Source: the human T2T-CHM13v2.0 reference genome, Homo sapiens. From it: a DNA stretch of 64,000 bases. This document shows positions 15,515 through 30,310 of this stretch, in pieces. The DNA lies in assembly GCF_009914755.1 (NCBI RefSeq), contig NC_060925.1; one strand, 5' to 3'. The notes under the pieces are model-generated. The model was not told where the DNA came from and made no database searches. It saw nothing but the letters and a program-made list of their open reading frames with translations. The position numbers and the translations under genes were made by a program. Within the stretch, counting starts at the first letter, position 1; the number at the start of each line of letters is the position of its first letter.

Positions 15515-17182
15515 TAATTCCAACATCAGTCTTACCTATTTTTCTCTAAGTGTAAAGAGAGCTGGAGTTCAAAGACATACCAACTGTCTACCCTGTTCCA
15601 AGGTTTTGCACTTCTTGGCTGACCTTGCCTGGTACTTCTAGCTATTTACGTTTGAATTTAGCAAAACGGGAGTTTTATTTTCTTGACACACTGCAGCAAG
15701 ATTCTACCTACAGATGAAATGTGTACACTGTAATAAACCTGAATACCTAAGTTAAATAAGGGTTTACACTCCTATCCTTATTTCCTCCTTCCGTTTTCTA
15801 TTACTAACCATCTTTTAATAAGTATTTCTTTTATGTCAAATGAAGATGTATAATTTGCAACAAATAGGCGTTGAACGCATATTACATTCAGGGTATTATA
15901 TTGGACTCTAAGGACCCAAAGGGCAATATTTATTAGAGTATATGAATTTTATGATGAGGAGAAGAACTTGAGAGCAGGTGCTCGTGATCACCAATGAGTG
16001 GCGCCCACAGAGAGAGCAGGAGAGCCAGCCATCTGGCTTGGGCCAACCAGCAAAGGCCTGACCAAGGATGTGAAACTGGCCAGGCGAGAAGGAGAGAAGA
16101 GAGCACTCTACCCCTGGCAAGAGGAAGCACTGTGGGCGAAGACACAGGAGCTGCCTGTGTCAGGCATGTTTGAGAAACAGCGGTGCCCTTTGGCCAAGCA
16201 CAGGCTTATTCACTTGTGTAACAAACACTTACATGGCACTTCATCCATGTCAGGTTCTGTTTTCCTCTTAGAAGGGAAGTCCTCACAGACAGACAAGCAC
16301 ATGGGTGCTGCTTCAACTTTTCTTTTCTTTCTTTTTTTTTTTTTTTTAAAGGAAACCTCTTACAACAGAAACATGTTTGAATATGGTCTTGTGAGGTAAA
16401 TTAAGAAATACAAAGTTCTGCTGCAATTTTAAAAGAAATGGTTCAGCTGCAGCTCAGAAAGCTGGGTTACTGGCTTTAGTGTACTACCAGTCATGATAAA
16501 AAACAAAGCACATGTTTATCTTAAAATGAAAACCACTAGAATAACATAAAACCAATAGGACAACATAAATGATGTGCTAAGTACCCTATACTGTCCATAA
16601 TAGCCTTAGAAGAAACCCATCTAATATAAAAGTCTCAGTTCTGTGGATATCTACGGAGGCCTACTCTGTGTTCAGTTCTGCTCTGGGGGATGCGGATTAT
16701 TACAGATAAATAATGAGACGATCCTCAAGGAAATAAAATACTACCTAGCTGGGAGTTTCACAGAGGAAGCAATTTTCAGATTACTGCAAAGACAACACAT
16801 TTAAAATGCCAACTTGAATTTAATGTTGTATAGATGTGTGACATGGAGATCTGGAATGGCCAATCCTGGATTGCGTGATTAAGGATCACTGACAAATATC
16901 CTTCAGAAGCGAAAAGTTTCTTGTGTTCTTAATCGCATGTTTCAGAAATTTAAAATCCAATGTTTGTCTTTGCTGCAATGTGTCCAATCTAATGTATCTC
17001 CAAGAATCTTCTAAGACAGGTGGGTTATTTCTTTTCTGATGATTCAAACTCTTGGCCGTAGCTATTTTACATTTTATACCCCTTGTTATCTCTTTCACTT
17101 TCTCTAGTCTCAGACCCACAGGTTAACAACTTGTACTAACTTTATCACTATGAGAGGTGTCTTCTGCCTCTTGCCTTACTTG

Positions 17183-17419
17183 GAAGGAAGGAGAGGGGAA
17201 GGAAGGAAAGGAAGGAAAGAAAAGAAAGAAAGAAGGAGGAAAGGAGGAAGAGATGGGGGAGAGAGAGAGGGAGGGAGGAAGGAGGGAGGAAGGAAGGAGG
17301 GAGGGAGGACAGAAGGGAGGGAAGGAAAAAGAAAAGAGAGGAAAGGAAGGAGAAGAGGAGGGAAGGAGAGGGAGAGAAGGAGAGAGGGAGGGAAGAAGAG
17401 AGGGAGGGAGGAAGGAAAA
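17183..17419 (+). repeat. GA-rich polypurine low-complexity tract (GGAA/GGGA)
   Basis: ~235 bp almost entirely A/G. Confidence 0.95.
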
Positions 17420-18878
17420 CAGCTGAAGACACAGTAGGTCATCAGTGTTTGCCACTTGCTGCTGTCCTTCAAGGAGGAGACTGGAACTTTATATCCAGCA
17501 CCTCACACAGAACCTGGCAAAAGACGTGGTCTTGATCGATATCTGATGAATGAATAGGGAGTGGGTGGATGGATTGCACTGAGAGAAAGTACTGTATTGA
17601 TCTTTCTCTGTTCTTCCATAGCAGATTTAAAGTTTATGTCTTGATCTTCCAAATTTTATTTCTACTTGGGACAGACAGGATCCTTTAACGAGTGTTTTTG
17701 GTTCTACTTTTATGAAATAACAATAATAATGACATGTTAGTTGAATTGACCTATAGAGCATCTGCTATTCTACACCACTAGATGGCGTTTATCAATAGTA
17801 ATGCTCAAAAGCACCACACATACTCTGCCGAGTAATAAATCTAAAGAAATCAGTACAGAAAAGGCATATACAGCATACACATATATGTATGTAGATTTAC
17901 ATTTTACATTTGATTTCTTTTTAATATTGGTTATGTATCTAGGGCTGCCTATAATTTGGCAAACCACTTCCTTTCCTAATTTTAACAGTCTTATGTAAGA
18001 ACAGTTTAGGTTCTTAATTAAACTCTAAGCAGCCTCAATGTGTAAGACATTTCACAGAACCTGGTGACTACTTCCAGGTCTTTCTGCAGTGCTGATGGAA
18101 AAACACACCCCCTGGGAAAAAATAATCTAGAAAAAGTTGAAAGCAATATGGAGAAAATAAAAAAAAGCAGATAGACTGTTCTGCCTGCCTTCATCATTCG
18201 TTCATTCATTTATTCATTTAACAACTAGGGACTGGACACCCAGTATTAAATACTTTGGAGGATGTGTTTGCTGTCTCATAAAGAAAAACTGTCAGAACAC
18301 TGACAGGAAAATGCTTATGATATTTAAATCCTATAAGGGGACAGATTTTTGTTTTTAAAAAATTAAGAGTTATAAGGGAGAAATAGAGATACATTTGAAA
18401 TGCTCTATCAAGACTATGTAGTTTCTGCTTTCCAGGTCCCAGGTGGATTAGCAAGGCCACATTTCCTCGTTCTAACATCTGGTTGTCTGCGAAATAGCTG
18501 CACTTGAGATTTCCTGGGGAGAGACCTAAGTGGGAAGGCAATTGAGGGAGAGAGATGGGAAGGAAGGGGAGCAAAGGAGCAGTGTGAGGAGGCAATCAGA
18601 GAGAAACATGAGAAGAGTGGCCAAGGGTTAGAAAGGTAAATCCTACCCACAAAATCTGAAAATTAAATCTTTGAAACTGCTTTGATGTGGAAAGAGCAAG
18701 CTCATACTCTATTTTAAGATTGTAGGAGTAAGGAGAAAAGGACCATAAAAGGAAACTGAAACACCTTAGCTCTCCTAATTCCAGTGTTTCCAGAAATTGT
18801 AAAATTAAGTGTCAACATTGCAAAAATGAACGCTGACTACTATGAAATTGTACTTATTTCCAGAAATGCAACAAATGA

Positions 18879-19018
18879 CTAAGTATAGAGCCTGTGGCAG
18901 ACACCATTTTCATCCTAAGTAAAGAGCCTGTGGCAGACACCATTTTCATCCTAAGTAAAGAGCCTGTGGCAGGCACCATTTTCATCCTAAGAGCTTTCGG
19001 CAGACACCATTTTCATCC
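18879..19018. repeat. 36-bp minisatellite, ~3.9 copies
   Basis: Unit ctaagta(t/a)agagcctgtggcagacaccattttcatc at 18879, 18915 and 18951, plus a degenerate fourth copy at 18987. Confidence 0.95.
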
Positions 19019-19354
19019 ACCTACAAAACACAGCAACAACAAAGGCCATCAGCATGTGACACTATTGCCTACAACTAAATGACCTAAAGCCAAATCTATC
19101 AAATTTTCCCGAAGGCTGGCAACCCTTGCTAGCCATGACATTTGTGATACAGATGTCACTCTGCTAAATACTAGACCAAGAGAGTTTTCTCTTGGATTCT
19201 TCTCTTTCTCTGCCTTCCGTGATCCAACAAGAACGATTCTGGTTTCCTCCAACGATCTCTCACACCAGCGTAGCCATCCTCCTTAGGTGTTTTTGTCCTT
19301 GAGTATGGACAACTCTCCTAAATAAGCTCTTCGTTTTCTTCCCCCTGGCTTCTA

Positions 19355-19570
19355 ACGCACAGCTTAGATCCCTCCCATGCGCAGTTCACAATAAGGCTCA
19401 TGCTCCTATGAGAATATGATGCTGCCACCGATCTGACAGGAGGCAGAGCTCTGGCAGTAATGCCAGTGATGGGAAGCAGCTGTGAATACAGATGAAGCCA
19501 GCCAGCCACTCACCTCCTGCGGTGCCACTTGGTTCCTAACAGGCCACAGACCCGGGGCCGGGGACCCCTG
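19355..19570 (+). mobile_element. MER1B-like hAT-Charlie DNA transposon fragment
   Basis: gatccctcccatgcgcagttcacaata ... gttcctaacaggccac ... ggggacccctg terminus matches recalled MER1 consensus. Confidence 0.8.
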
Positions 19571-19734
19571 TTCTAAACCACCGGACACACAGTCCTTTAA
19601 GCACATAGATTTCCAGTTCACAATTCTTCTGGGCTTCCCATTGCATACTGAATAACATCAAAGTTCTCCTCACCTTCGTAACATTTACACATTCCATAGA
19701 CTGCCTCCAACCTTAGTTTCCTGGATGGAACTCT

Positions 19735-20880
19735 CAGCAGTATTGACCACTGCAGAACACTTTCTCCTTCATGGAACATTCACCTTCCTTTGCCCCATTG
19801 TGCTACCTTCTCCTGGAACCCCTCCTTCCTCTCTGACACCTCCCTGCCTCTGAAACTCCTCTTCCTACCACCTTCACATCTGATGCACCTCAGGATTTCT
19901 CCTACCCTTCACCTGTTTCCTGACAAATCTCATCTTTTCCAATGTTTACAATTACAATCCTTGTGCTGGGACCCATGAACCAATATGGACAGCCTAGGAA
20001 TGTATATTCAGCTCCCAGGAACCTAAGCATGCAGATAGATCGATATAGATATAGATAGATGTAGATATAGATATAGATATGTATCAGATGTCAACACTGC
20101 AAAAATGAACTCTACTATAATAGATATAGATTATATATCAGATGTTGACATTGCAAAAATTAACTCTGACTACTATGAAATTGTTCTTCTCAGTCAACAT
20201 GTCTACTTGGATGCCTCAAAGGTAGCTCAATCTCAATACACCTCAACCCAATACATCAAAAAATGTAACTCTCCAGACTCCATTTCCTGTGATCCCCATT
20301 TCTGTAATAGCATCACCACCCATTTATTTGTCATTTCCAAAAGCTGGGGCTTCTCCTCAACCCCTCCTTCTCCCTCATGCTTTAATGCAATCAATGACCA
20401 GGCCTCTATCTCTACCTCCTAAATATATCTAGCATGTATCTACTTCTCCTAACATCCTTACTGCACCATCATGTCTTGCCAGGACAATAGCAACAGCCTC
20501 CTAAATGTTCTGTCTGTCTTCCTGCCTTCTGTCCAGCTCTTCTCTAATTCATCTGCCCTACTGTGGTCTTTCATACATGCAAATCAGATCACCTTCCTCC
20601 CTTGCTTTAAAACCCTCAGAGGCTTCCCATTGCCCTCAAGAGAAAAATTCCTTAACCTGGCCCTGTCTGCCCTTTCCAGCCGCCTGCCTTGCTCCCTATT
20701 CTTCAGCAATACCAAACAGTTCCCATAGTTCTACACTCCACACATTTCACCTCTCAGCCTCCACACAGACTTCCCGTGTGCCAAGAGTTTCCTTCTCTAC
20801 CTGCTTCTGTCTTGCTAACCCCTCTTCATCCTTCAGGTCTCAAATGGCTCTCCCTCAGGAAGATCCTTCTTGATCCCTGT
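19735..20880 (+). mobile_element. L2 LINE remnant, interrupted at ~20030-20185
   Basis: Pyrimidine-rich L2-type phrases (ctacttggatgcctc, tgcaaatcagatcac, cttcaggtctcaaatg). Confidence 0.65.
20031..20080. repeat. (GATA/GATATA)n microsatellite
   Basis: agatagatcgatatagatatagatagatgtagatatagatatagatat. Confidence 0.85.
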
Positions 20881-20913
20881 ACTAGGCCAGGTCAACCCTC
20901 TATCTTCTTGTGG

Positions 20914-22277
<1,364 letters not shown>

Positions 22278-22644
22278 CTTTTTATGGCATTTTGAACTAC
22301 CCCTCTCAAATCTCCTCGTGCTTTCTTATGTGTGGCCTCTGTCTTTCCCACCAGAATGTATACTCTGTGAAGGCAGGAAGTGTGCAGGGGCCATGACTTC
22401 CTCCTCCATGAAACATTCCTTCACAACCCAGCCTACCTGTGAGCCTCCCAATAGCCTTTGCCAGTGATCCCAGCGTGAGTCCCAGACAGGCCTCTGCTGG
22501 TGCATCTGGTGAATGAGGAGATGAGCCCAGCAGAGGTTCCTCACCTCTGCTAAGGGACTAATGTCCCATCAGAGAATCAGTTCATCCTAGGGGAAAAGAT
22601 ACATTTAGCCACTTCTAGAACCTTATAATTAGAGAAGAGGGTTG

Positions 22645-22809
22645 ATAATACAGCTATGGGAACATGAAGGTGGCCTCCATGATAAATCAATATAAGCGAT
22701 AAGCATCATTTTGTCCTAAAAATGACAATGATTTTGTCCTGAAAATGATGCCTATCACTCATAATGATTTATCCTGGAGCCCATCTCCATGTCCCTGTAG
22801 CAGTATTAT
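22645..22809. repeat. Imperfect inverted repeat (68-bp arms, 29-bp loop); probable MITE-like DNA transposon relic
   Basis: Arm 22645-22712 aligns without gaps to the reverse complement of 22742-22809 with 12 mismatches (manual count). Confidence 0.85.
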
Positions 22810-24245
22810 AGGGAGAAATTGGGCTGTACTCTAAAATTATATATTAAAATTCAGTGTGGTCCTAGGACACAAGCCAATTGCATTCTTTTTTTCTATGATA
22901 ATGTTACCCAGCCGAGAGAAAGCCTGCACCCTGATTCAGCACAGACCTCCAAGCAGCACTGGTATATCTGTAGCAATGTCCTGCACGAGGTGGCAGAAGC
23001 AGCAGCAGGGCCCATCAGGAGACAGGGGCAGTGAGGGAGAGGATGCCAGAGGTACGCGGAGGTGGGGGTCATGGTATTCGGCAGGTGTGGCTTTACCCAG
23101 ACAAGCAAGAAGCTGCAGCCCCAGCACTAGCTGTAGTGTCCTTGGTTGAAGCTGCAGAGCTACCAGTAGATTCCATCCTGTGCAGAGACTCATCCCCTGA
23201 AGACGCCCAGACATGCGTTGGAGAGGTAATGATTTTGTAGAGAATTGGTTTTCTGTATTAGCAGATGGGGCAAGAGCCAAAAAAAAACAAGGAATTACCC
23301 TGAAAGTGGCCCCTTCTGTACCTGAGGCCAGTCTAAGGAATCTCTGTTGGCATACAAATAGACTGTGTGTATCACTGGGCTTTACAGATACAATCTCAAA
23401 CGCTGCGTTATTACTGTGATAGGTACAATCTATGTCTTGTCTCTCTAACCACATACGATAAGTGATGGAGATAAGTCTATCTGAGCACCTTGGCCACTGT
23501 TCAAGGAGCTTTAAGGAATGGCATGAGCACATGGTATTATTTTGAGCGTACAGCACAAAGGAAGGCATTACTCATCAGTTTTTACCCCTCTGAGGGTGTT
23601 AAACTTGGAAAATGCAAATGGGCTTTCTGCCTTTCAAGGACACAGGGCCAGAACCCCAATTTCTTGATAATCTTGCTATGTAAACATGCTCGTCTCGCCT
23701 TTACATCTATTCTCTTCATTATCTACCCACCTCTTTCCCAGAGGAAATTAGAGAAGAAGGGTGTGAAGAGTGAGTGTTGAAGGAGTATGTGGGCAAGTAA
23801 TTATGATAAAACGGTCCCTCTCTTCAACAACGTTCTAATAACAAAAAGCAATTGCTTTAGGGTCACCTATTATGTTCATTATCCATGCCTTTTCTCCATG
23901 CAACAGCACAAGTCATCAATAATAGAGTATGATTGTTTCCTCCCAAAAGACAAGTGATGTGAAATAAACCACAAAGCAACATTGTCTCAGACAAGATTTT
24001 TTATGTCCCTGTGCTATTCAAGACTGTTTCTCATTGCCTAGTAATTACCCACCAAGGACCAGCTCTGTAGCCTGCATTCCACAGGAGCAGAGTGACACCT
24101 ACAATATCCAACAGCCACGGTAATCCATCAAGTGCCCTAACTATGGAGCCTGACCATTTATTACCATACCTTCCATTGACAGTCCCTCCCTATGTTCCCT
24201 GAGTGAAGCCTGCCTAAGAGGAAAAAAAAAATGTCTATGTCTACT

Positions 24246-25140
24246 TGTGATATTATTTTATATATATGTATGTATATTTCCATACACAGGTTTTTGTCCA
24301 CAGTTCCTGATGCATAACTCCCACAGCCCTTGTTACAATCAACAGACTCTCTCTTTGAACTTCTCCTGCCCTCCTTTTACTTGCCCAAAGAAGGACTCTA
24401 ATCTGACTGTGGTTCATAAGACCCTCATTCCAGAGGTGGTCCTACCCCATACCCTGGAGAAAGGAATGCTGCAGAGAGGCCAAGAAGAACCTGAACAGAC
24501 AGGCCTCGCTGGGTTTAGATCGTACCCTTTTTGTCCATTCACATTTCTCCATGGTTGTCAATCCAATGAATGCCTATCCAGTGAAGTCCACATCAAAGGT
24601 CCATGAGGACAGGGTTTGGGAGCTTCCAGATAGCTGAACATATAGAGATTCCTGGAGGCCAGCACACCCAGGGAGGGCATGGAAGCTCCGTACCCCTTCC
24701 CATATGCCTTTCCCTATGCATCTGTTCGTCTGTATCCTCTGTTATATCCTTTATAATAAGCTGGAAAGTGTAAATGTTTCCCTGAGTTCTGTGAGCTGCT
24801 CCAACAAATTAATCGAACCCAAAGAGAGGGTTTTGGGCACCCCAGCTTGAAGCCAGTTGGTCAGAAGTTCTGGAGGCCTGGACTTGCAACTGATGTCTGA
24901 AGAGTGGGGAAGTTTTGGAACTGAGGCCCCAACCTGTGTGACCTGATGCTATTTCCAGATAGATAGTGTCTGAATTGAATTGGAGGACACCCTGTTGGTG
25001 TCTGCTGCCGAACTGATTTCTTAAACTGTTGGAAGGGGGAGAAATACTCACATACTTTGGGGTCACAGACGTCTTCTATGTTGACTTCTATTGTGTGGGT
25101 GTTCAAGTGGAGGAAAAACAGTTTTGAGTTTTCCCTAACA
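24246..25140 (+). mobile_element. MER21 (A-like) solo LTR
   Basis: TGTGATATTATT... start, gcataactcccacagcccttgttaca, ctgagttctgtgagctgctcc...aaattaatcgaaccc, CA end. Confidence 0.75.
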
Positions 25141-25745
25141 CTATCTATATACAAATCAGTGACACCCTTCAAACAAGAGGTCCCTGTTAGTTCAAAGAAT
25201 GCACCACATTACATTTCATTTGCTCTTGTTCCTATCCTTTCATGCTTTCAGTGGCTTACCACTAGAGGGGACCTATACAGACAAGATGAGACAACATGCA
25301 ATTATCATCTTTAGTATTCCCACTAGGAAAATTGACTAGCATTCATGTGGAACAATAAAATCAAATTTGCTGGCACTTTATTCCCAATTCATGGGCATAA
25401 AAAAAGGATCTAGTGGAGGGGGCAGGTCACTGTGTACTGGGGAAAGACACCAAAGAGGAAGTGCATCTGTATTGATTGTAAACATATAGTTAAAGCACTG
25501 AGCTCATTGATTCCAAACATTGTTTTCCTTATTTCTTGTAAAGAAATGTTAGTAATCTTGATTTTGTACATGTTATTTGGAGATCAGAGAATCTCTCTTT
25601 AGCATTGTCACTTAACAAACATGTATATATTTAGCACCCTCCTGGGGAGAGAGGCTTCAATGGCTTAGGTCTATCTCATAGGTGAAACTGGTTTATATCC
25701 AGTTTAAGGCTGAAAAGCCCCAAAGAGTGTAGGGCAGGTGACAAG

Positions 25746-26099
25746 TGTATTAGTCCATTTTGACGCTGCTGATAAAGACATAAAGAGACTTGGAAGAAAA
25801 AGAGGTTTAATTGGACTTACAGTTCCACACGGCTGGGGAGGCCTCAGAATCATGGCAGGAGGTGAAAGGCACTTCTTACATGGTGGAGGCAAGAGAAAAT
25901 GAGGAAGATGCAAAAGTGGAAACCCCTGATAAAACCATCAAATCTCATGAGACTTATTCACTACCTTGAGAATAGTATGTGGGAAACCACCCCCATGATT
26001 CAAACTATCTCCCACCAGGTCCCTCCCACAACACATGGGAATTATGGGAGTACAATTCAAGATAAGATTTGGGTGGAGACACAGAGCCAAACCATATCA
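25746..26099 (-). mobile_element. THE1 (A/B) MaLR solo LTR
   Basis: tgtattagtcc ... ccaaaccatatca termini; perfect 5-bp TSD ACAAG (25741-25745 and 26100-26104). Confidence 0.92.
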
Positions 26100-26149
26100 A
26101 CAAGGATGTAAAACAACTGGAAGATAAATGCCCATTCATTCACTTTTTT

Positions 26150-26288
26150 CATTCCTTCATCCATCCATCTATCCATTTATCCATTCATCCATCCTTCCAT
26201 CCATCCATCCATCCATCCATTCATCCATCCACTCATCCATCCATCCATTCACCCATCCATCCATCTGTTCATCCATCCATCTATCCAC
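26150..26288. repeat. (TCCA)n microsatellite at an L2 tail
   Basis: Imperfect ccat/tcca array followed by L2-like tactatatgccaagcac. Confidence 0.9.
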
Positions 26289-27464
26289 TTACCAAATTTT
26301 CTTCGTGTGCTACTATATGCCAAGCACAGTGGTAGGCACTGCAGTTGCAAAGATGTATTGAACTAAATCTCTAGTGGAAGAGACAAACAAGAAGACAATT
26401 TAAAAAAAAGGAAAAAGGAAAAAGGACTTGAATCCACTCCAGCAGCCAGGAAGGGATACGATGCTAAGGTCAGCCCCAAAGAATGCCAGACATTGACCAG
26501 TGGGAAAGAGGTTTAGTTTGGATTGGATTAAAATGCCTTTCCCAGGTACTTTGTAGCCATTACTTTTCTCTAATTTTTACCCATTCCCCACCTCTTCACA
26601 CTCTGCAGCTAAGTCTGATAAAAGCAATATTTTCCTGTATCTTAACAACTTTTTCATTGGCCTTAGCACAAAGTTATAGTGTATTAAGGTTGTTTTTGAA
26701 CCAAATATGGTGAAATAGTTTCCAGTTTAGAGACAATGCAAAAAGGGTTATTTATTCTTTAAGATAAAGTTTCCTGATAAAATAAATGTATACCTAAGTA
26801 TACATGTGCTACCTAAGATTTTAAGCTGGACTTTTTACCTTAAATTCTTGCTTTGCTAAGTTTCTTCTTTTTCTTTATTTTTTATCATTTCCTTCATTTT
26901 TACATTCTGGCTGCAAGGGTGAGCAAGAAAATCAAATTCAGTTAACAGATATGAGGAAATGTTAAAAATTCTGAATCTCTGAGTACCACATAAGCCCATC
27001 TATGCGACATGGGCATAATTTTCCATCCTCCTTAAATTCTTAAATATCATGTGATCCACCCAGTAATTTTAATTTAAATGAGTATTTTTTATATTGAAAA
27101 AACAGCCTTAGCACAATCTTCTGTCCTCGAAATGTTTAGTCAGCGTGTATATTGAGCTGTAGAACTGAATAGGGAAATTCTATTTTAGCTTGAGAGAATA
27201 CAGATTTTATTTCTACTTTTGTGTGCAGAATCTAGTATTGGGTACCTACAGAACTTTAACCTGCTTTTCCATGCTTCTTCAGAACATAAACTTAGCTAAC
27301 TAAGCCTTTTTGGCTCTTTCCAAAGAGCCAAAGGAAATAAGACATGGTGTCAAAATAAGATGCTGCGTTACTTTTTGTAGCTGCTGTGAAAAAAAAAGTT
27401 TATTCCATTTATAAGTAGGGAAATAGATAAGGCTAATTAAAAGGACAGTAAAGTGTATCAAGGA

Positions 27465-27765
<301 letters not shown>

Positions 27766-28844
27766 TCAGGGAAAGAGACTACAATCTGGCTCCTAGCTTG
27801 GGAACACTTTGGACACACAGAGAATACGATAATATTATTCATCTTTGTTGCAACCTAATGATTCACCTGTGACCATTTCATCACTCCCATGACTATTGCT
27901 TTTCATGACAGAATGTTTATCATTCAGGTAAGACAGGTTCTACCACCAAAAAGTTGACAATTGAGACTCTCCTACATGCAGTCTTGAATTTGACTCTAAG
28001 GGAAGATAAAGCCATTAAGTTGATCTTACATGTTAACCGTATTTGCCAGGTTATGCAATTTCTTCTTTCATTAAACTGGGAGCCAGGTGGTCTGAGGTCT
28101 AGCCTGGCTCTGCAACAGACAAGCTATGAGATTTAGGGACTGCACTTGATCACTGAGCACCTCAATTTGTTTGGCTGTCAACTATGGAAGGGGAATTAAT
28201 AACCTCTAAGATCCCTCCTGGCTCTTAGGATGTAAGAATCTGTAATGAATGGATGGAAGGATGCAATCCTTCAAGGTTAGCAGAAGCCACTATACTCAGA
28301 GAGGCCTCTGCTCAAGTATAGAAGGGAACTATTTCCGATTCTTCAGACAATGCCACTTTCTAAATACAATTTGTTGTGCTTCTGTGTTTCTTCTGATAAC
28401 AGCCTGTTTTAGGCAGGATATTTCTTCTTAAAGCTAATGACCAAAGAGTTGTTCACCTCCTTGCCTCCTTACTGTTTTCTATGAATTAAGGTAATTAAAG
28501 TTAGAAGGTTATCATTTTTATTTCATTTTAAAGGTTGGTTGAGTGAAGTAGAAATAATTTCTAAGCAATGGAGTCACAGATCACAGAATTTCAAAGTTTA
28601 AAGGAAAACTACAAAGGTTTCCAAGTTTCTCTTGTGATAATTCAAAATCAACAGGAACCTTTGTTGTTTTAAAACTATTTTAATTTAAAGTTACTTTAAT
28701 TGCATTTTTTTAGGCCTTTAACAGTTTTGATATCCAATGTGTCTGAACTGGGGGGCAGGCACAGATTGATGAAAGTGAAGGTTAAATAAATTTGTGTGTC
28801 TTCTTTACGTTTGTGTAAAATATTGCTAAAATTGCAGGATTATG

Positions 28845-28995
28845 GGCTGGGCACGGTGGCTCATACCTATAATCCCAGCATTTTGGGAGGCTGAGGCAGG
28901 AGGATTGCTTGAGCTCAGGAGTTCCATACCAGCCTAGGTGACATGCAGAGTCCAGCCCAGGCAATATAGTGAGACACTACCAAAAAAAGAAAAAA
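28845..28995 (+). mobile_element. FLAM / AluJ monomer
   Basis: Single left arm (gaggattgcttgagctcaggagtt) with A-rich tail; flanked by aggattatg on both sides. Confidence 0.85.
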
Positions 28996-29320
28996 TGTTA
29001 TAGGATTATGAGCGATAGATATATGGTAGATAATTTACTAGTTTTTAAAAAATATTGGTCATAGAATTATTTGTATATGTAATTTAAGAGCAATTTGTAT
29101 TTGTGAAACTATACTATTACTAAAACTTTTGTAATGGATGCTATTCATGTTATGGAAATAATTTATTATTAGATGATTTTAATCTTTTTATCTATTAAAC
29201 TTACAAAGCTAAGTGGCAGTTCCCTGAAATTTCTGTAAACATGCGTTATTTATTTGGCAGCTTGTCTTTCATATTTAAGTGTTTGAATTTAGTTGTGTTT
29301 TTAAACTTTTCTTGATATAG

Positions 29321-29652
<332 letters not shown>

Positions 29653-30310
29653 TATGTAGGTCATTTTAGATTAGTGTAAAGAACATGCTTTGCAACTATT
29701 TTGAAAACAAATATCATAAAACCCAGGACTTTTCAAGAATACATGTGTATCAACATGATAAAGATGCAAACTACTGTCACCTTCAATATTTGTGTAATAA
29801 CATGTGTCTCGATTACTTATTTGCTATTAAATTAGGTTAGTGCCTAAAAAAAAGATTTCAAAATTACAAACACAAAGTTAGATATGAAAGTAGACGTTAT
29901 TTCTCTGCTACTCCTTCCATGCTTCTGGTGCTGGACCTCATAGTATTCACTCATACTGCACTACCAGCTCTCGCCCTGTACCTTTGGACCTCTGACTTTT
30001 ATGGAAAGAAGAAAAACTTCATGGACACAAACAAGAGGCATTTTACCAAATTTGTGAACTGTAATCTTTTCAGACAGGATTCATGTAGAAAAACAAAAAC
30101 TACTCAAGGCAGGAAGTTCATATAGGAATAAGTTATACAGGTGATAAGTGATTGGAAAACTCAAACATGGGACAGTGAGGCACTTAACAACAGCAGACAG
30201 CCACTTCGACCCCCACAGCTAAGTGACAGTGGATAAAGCTACCAGAGCCCAGCCCCACCCCATCTGCTGATAACAGAGCAAGGAGCTTCTGGAAGGAACT
30301 GGAGCCTCTG

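Noticed and set aside
17123-17472. Glu/Gly/Arg/Lys-rich and Pro/Ser/Leu/Phe-rich ORFs (also 56120-56563 and 26069-26361)
   Set aside because: Translations of simple repeats.
18879-19018. 36-bp repeats (and 39-bp repeats at 41847-41966) of CRISPR-like length
   Set aside because: Head-to-tail with no unique spacers, no cas genes, and a mammalian context.
22936-23568. 210-aa minus-strand ORF
   Set aside because: No recognisable protein family, random-looking composition, no supporting exon structure.
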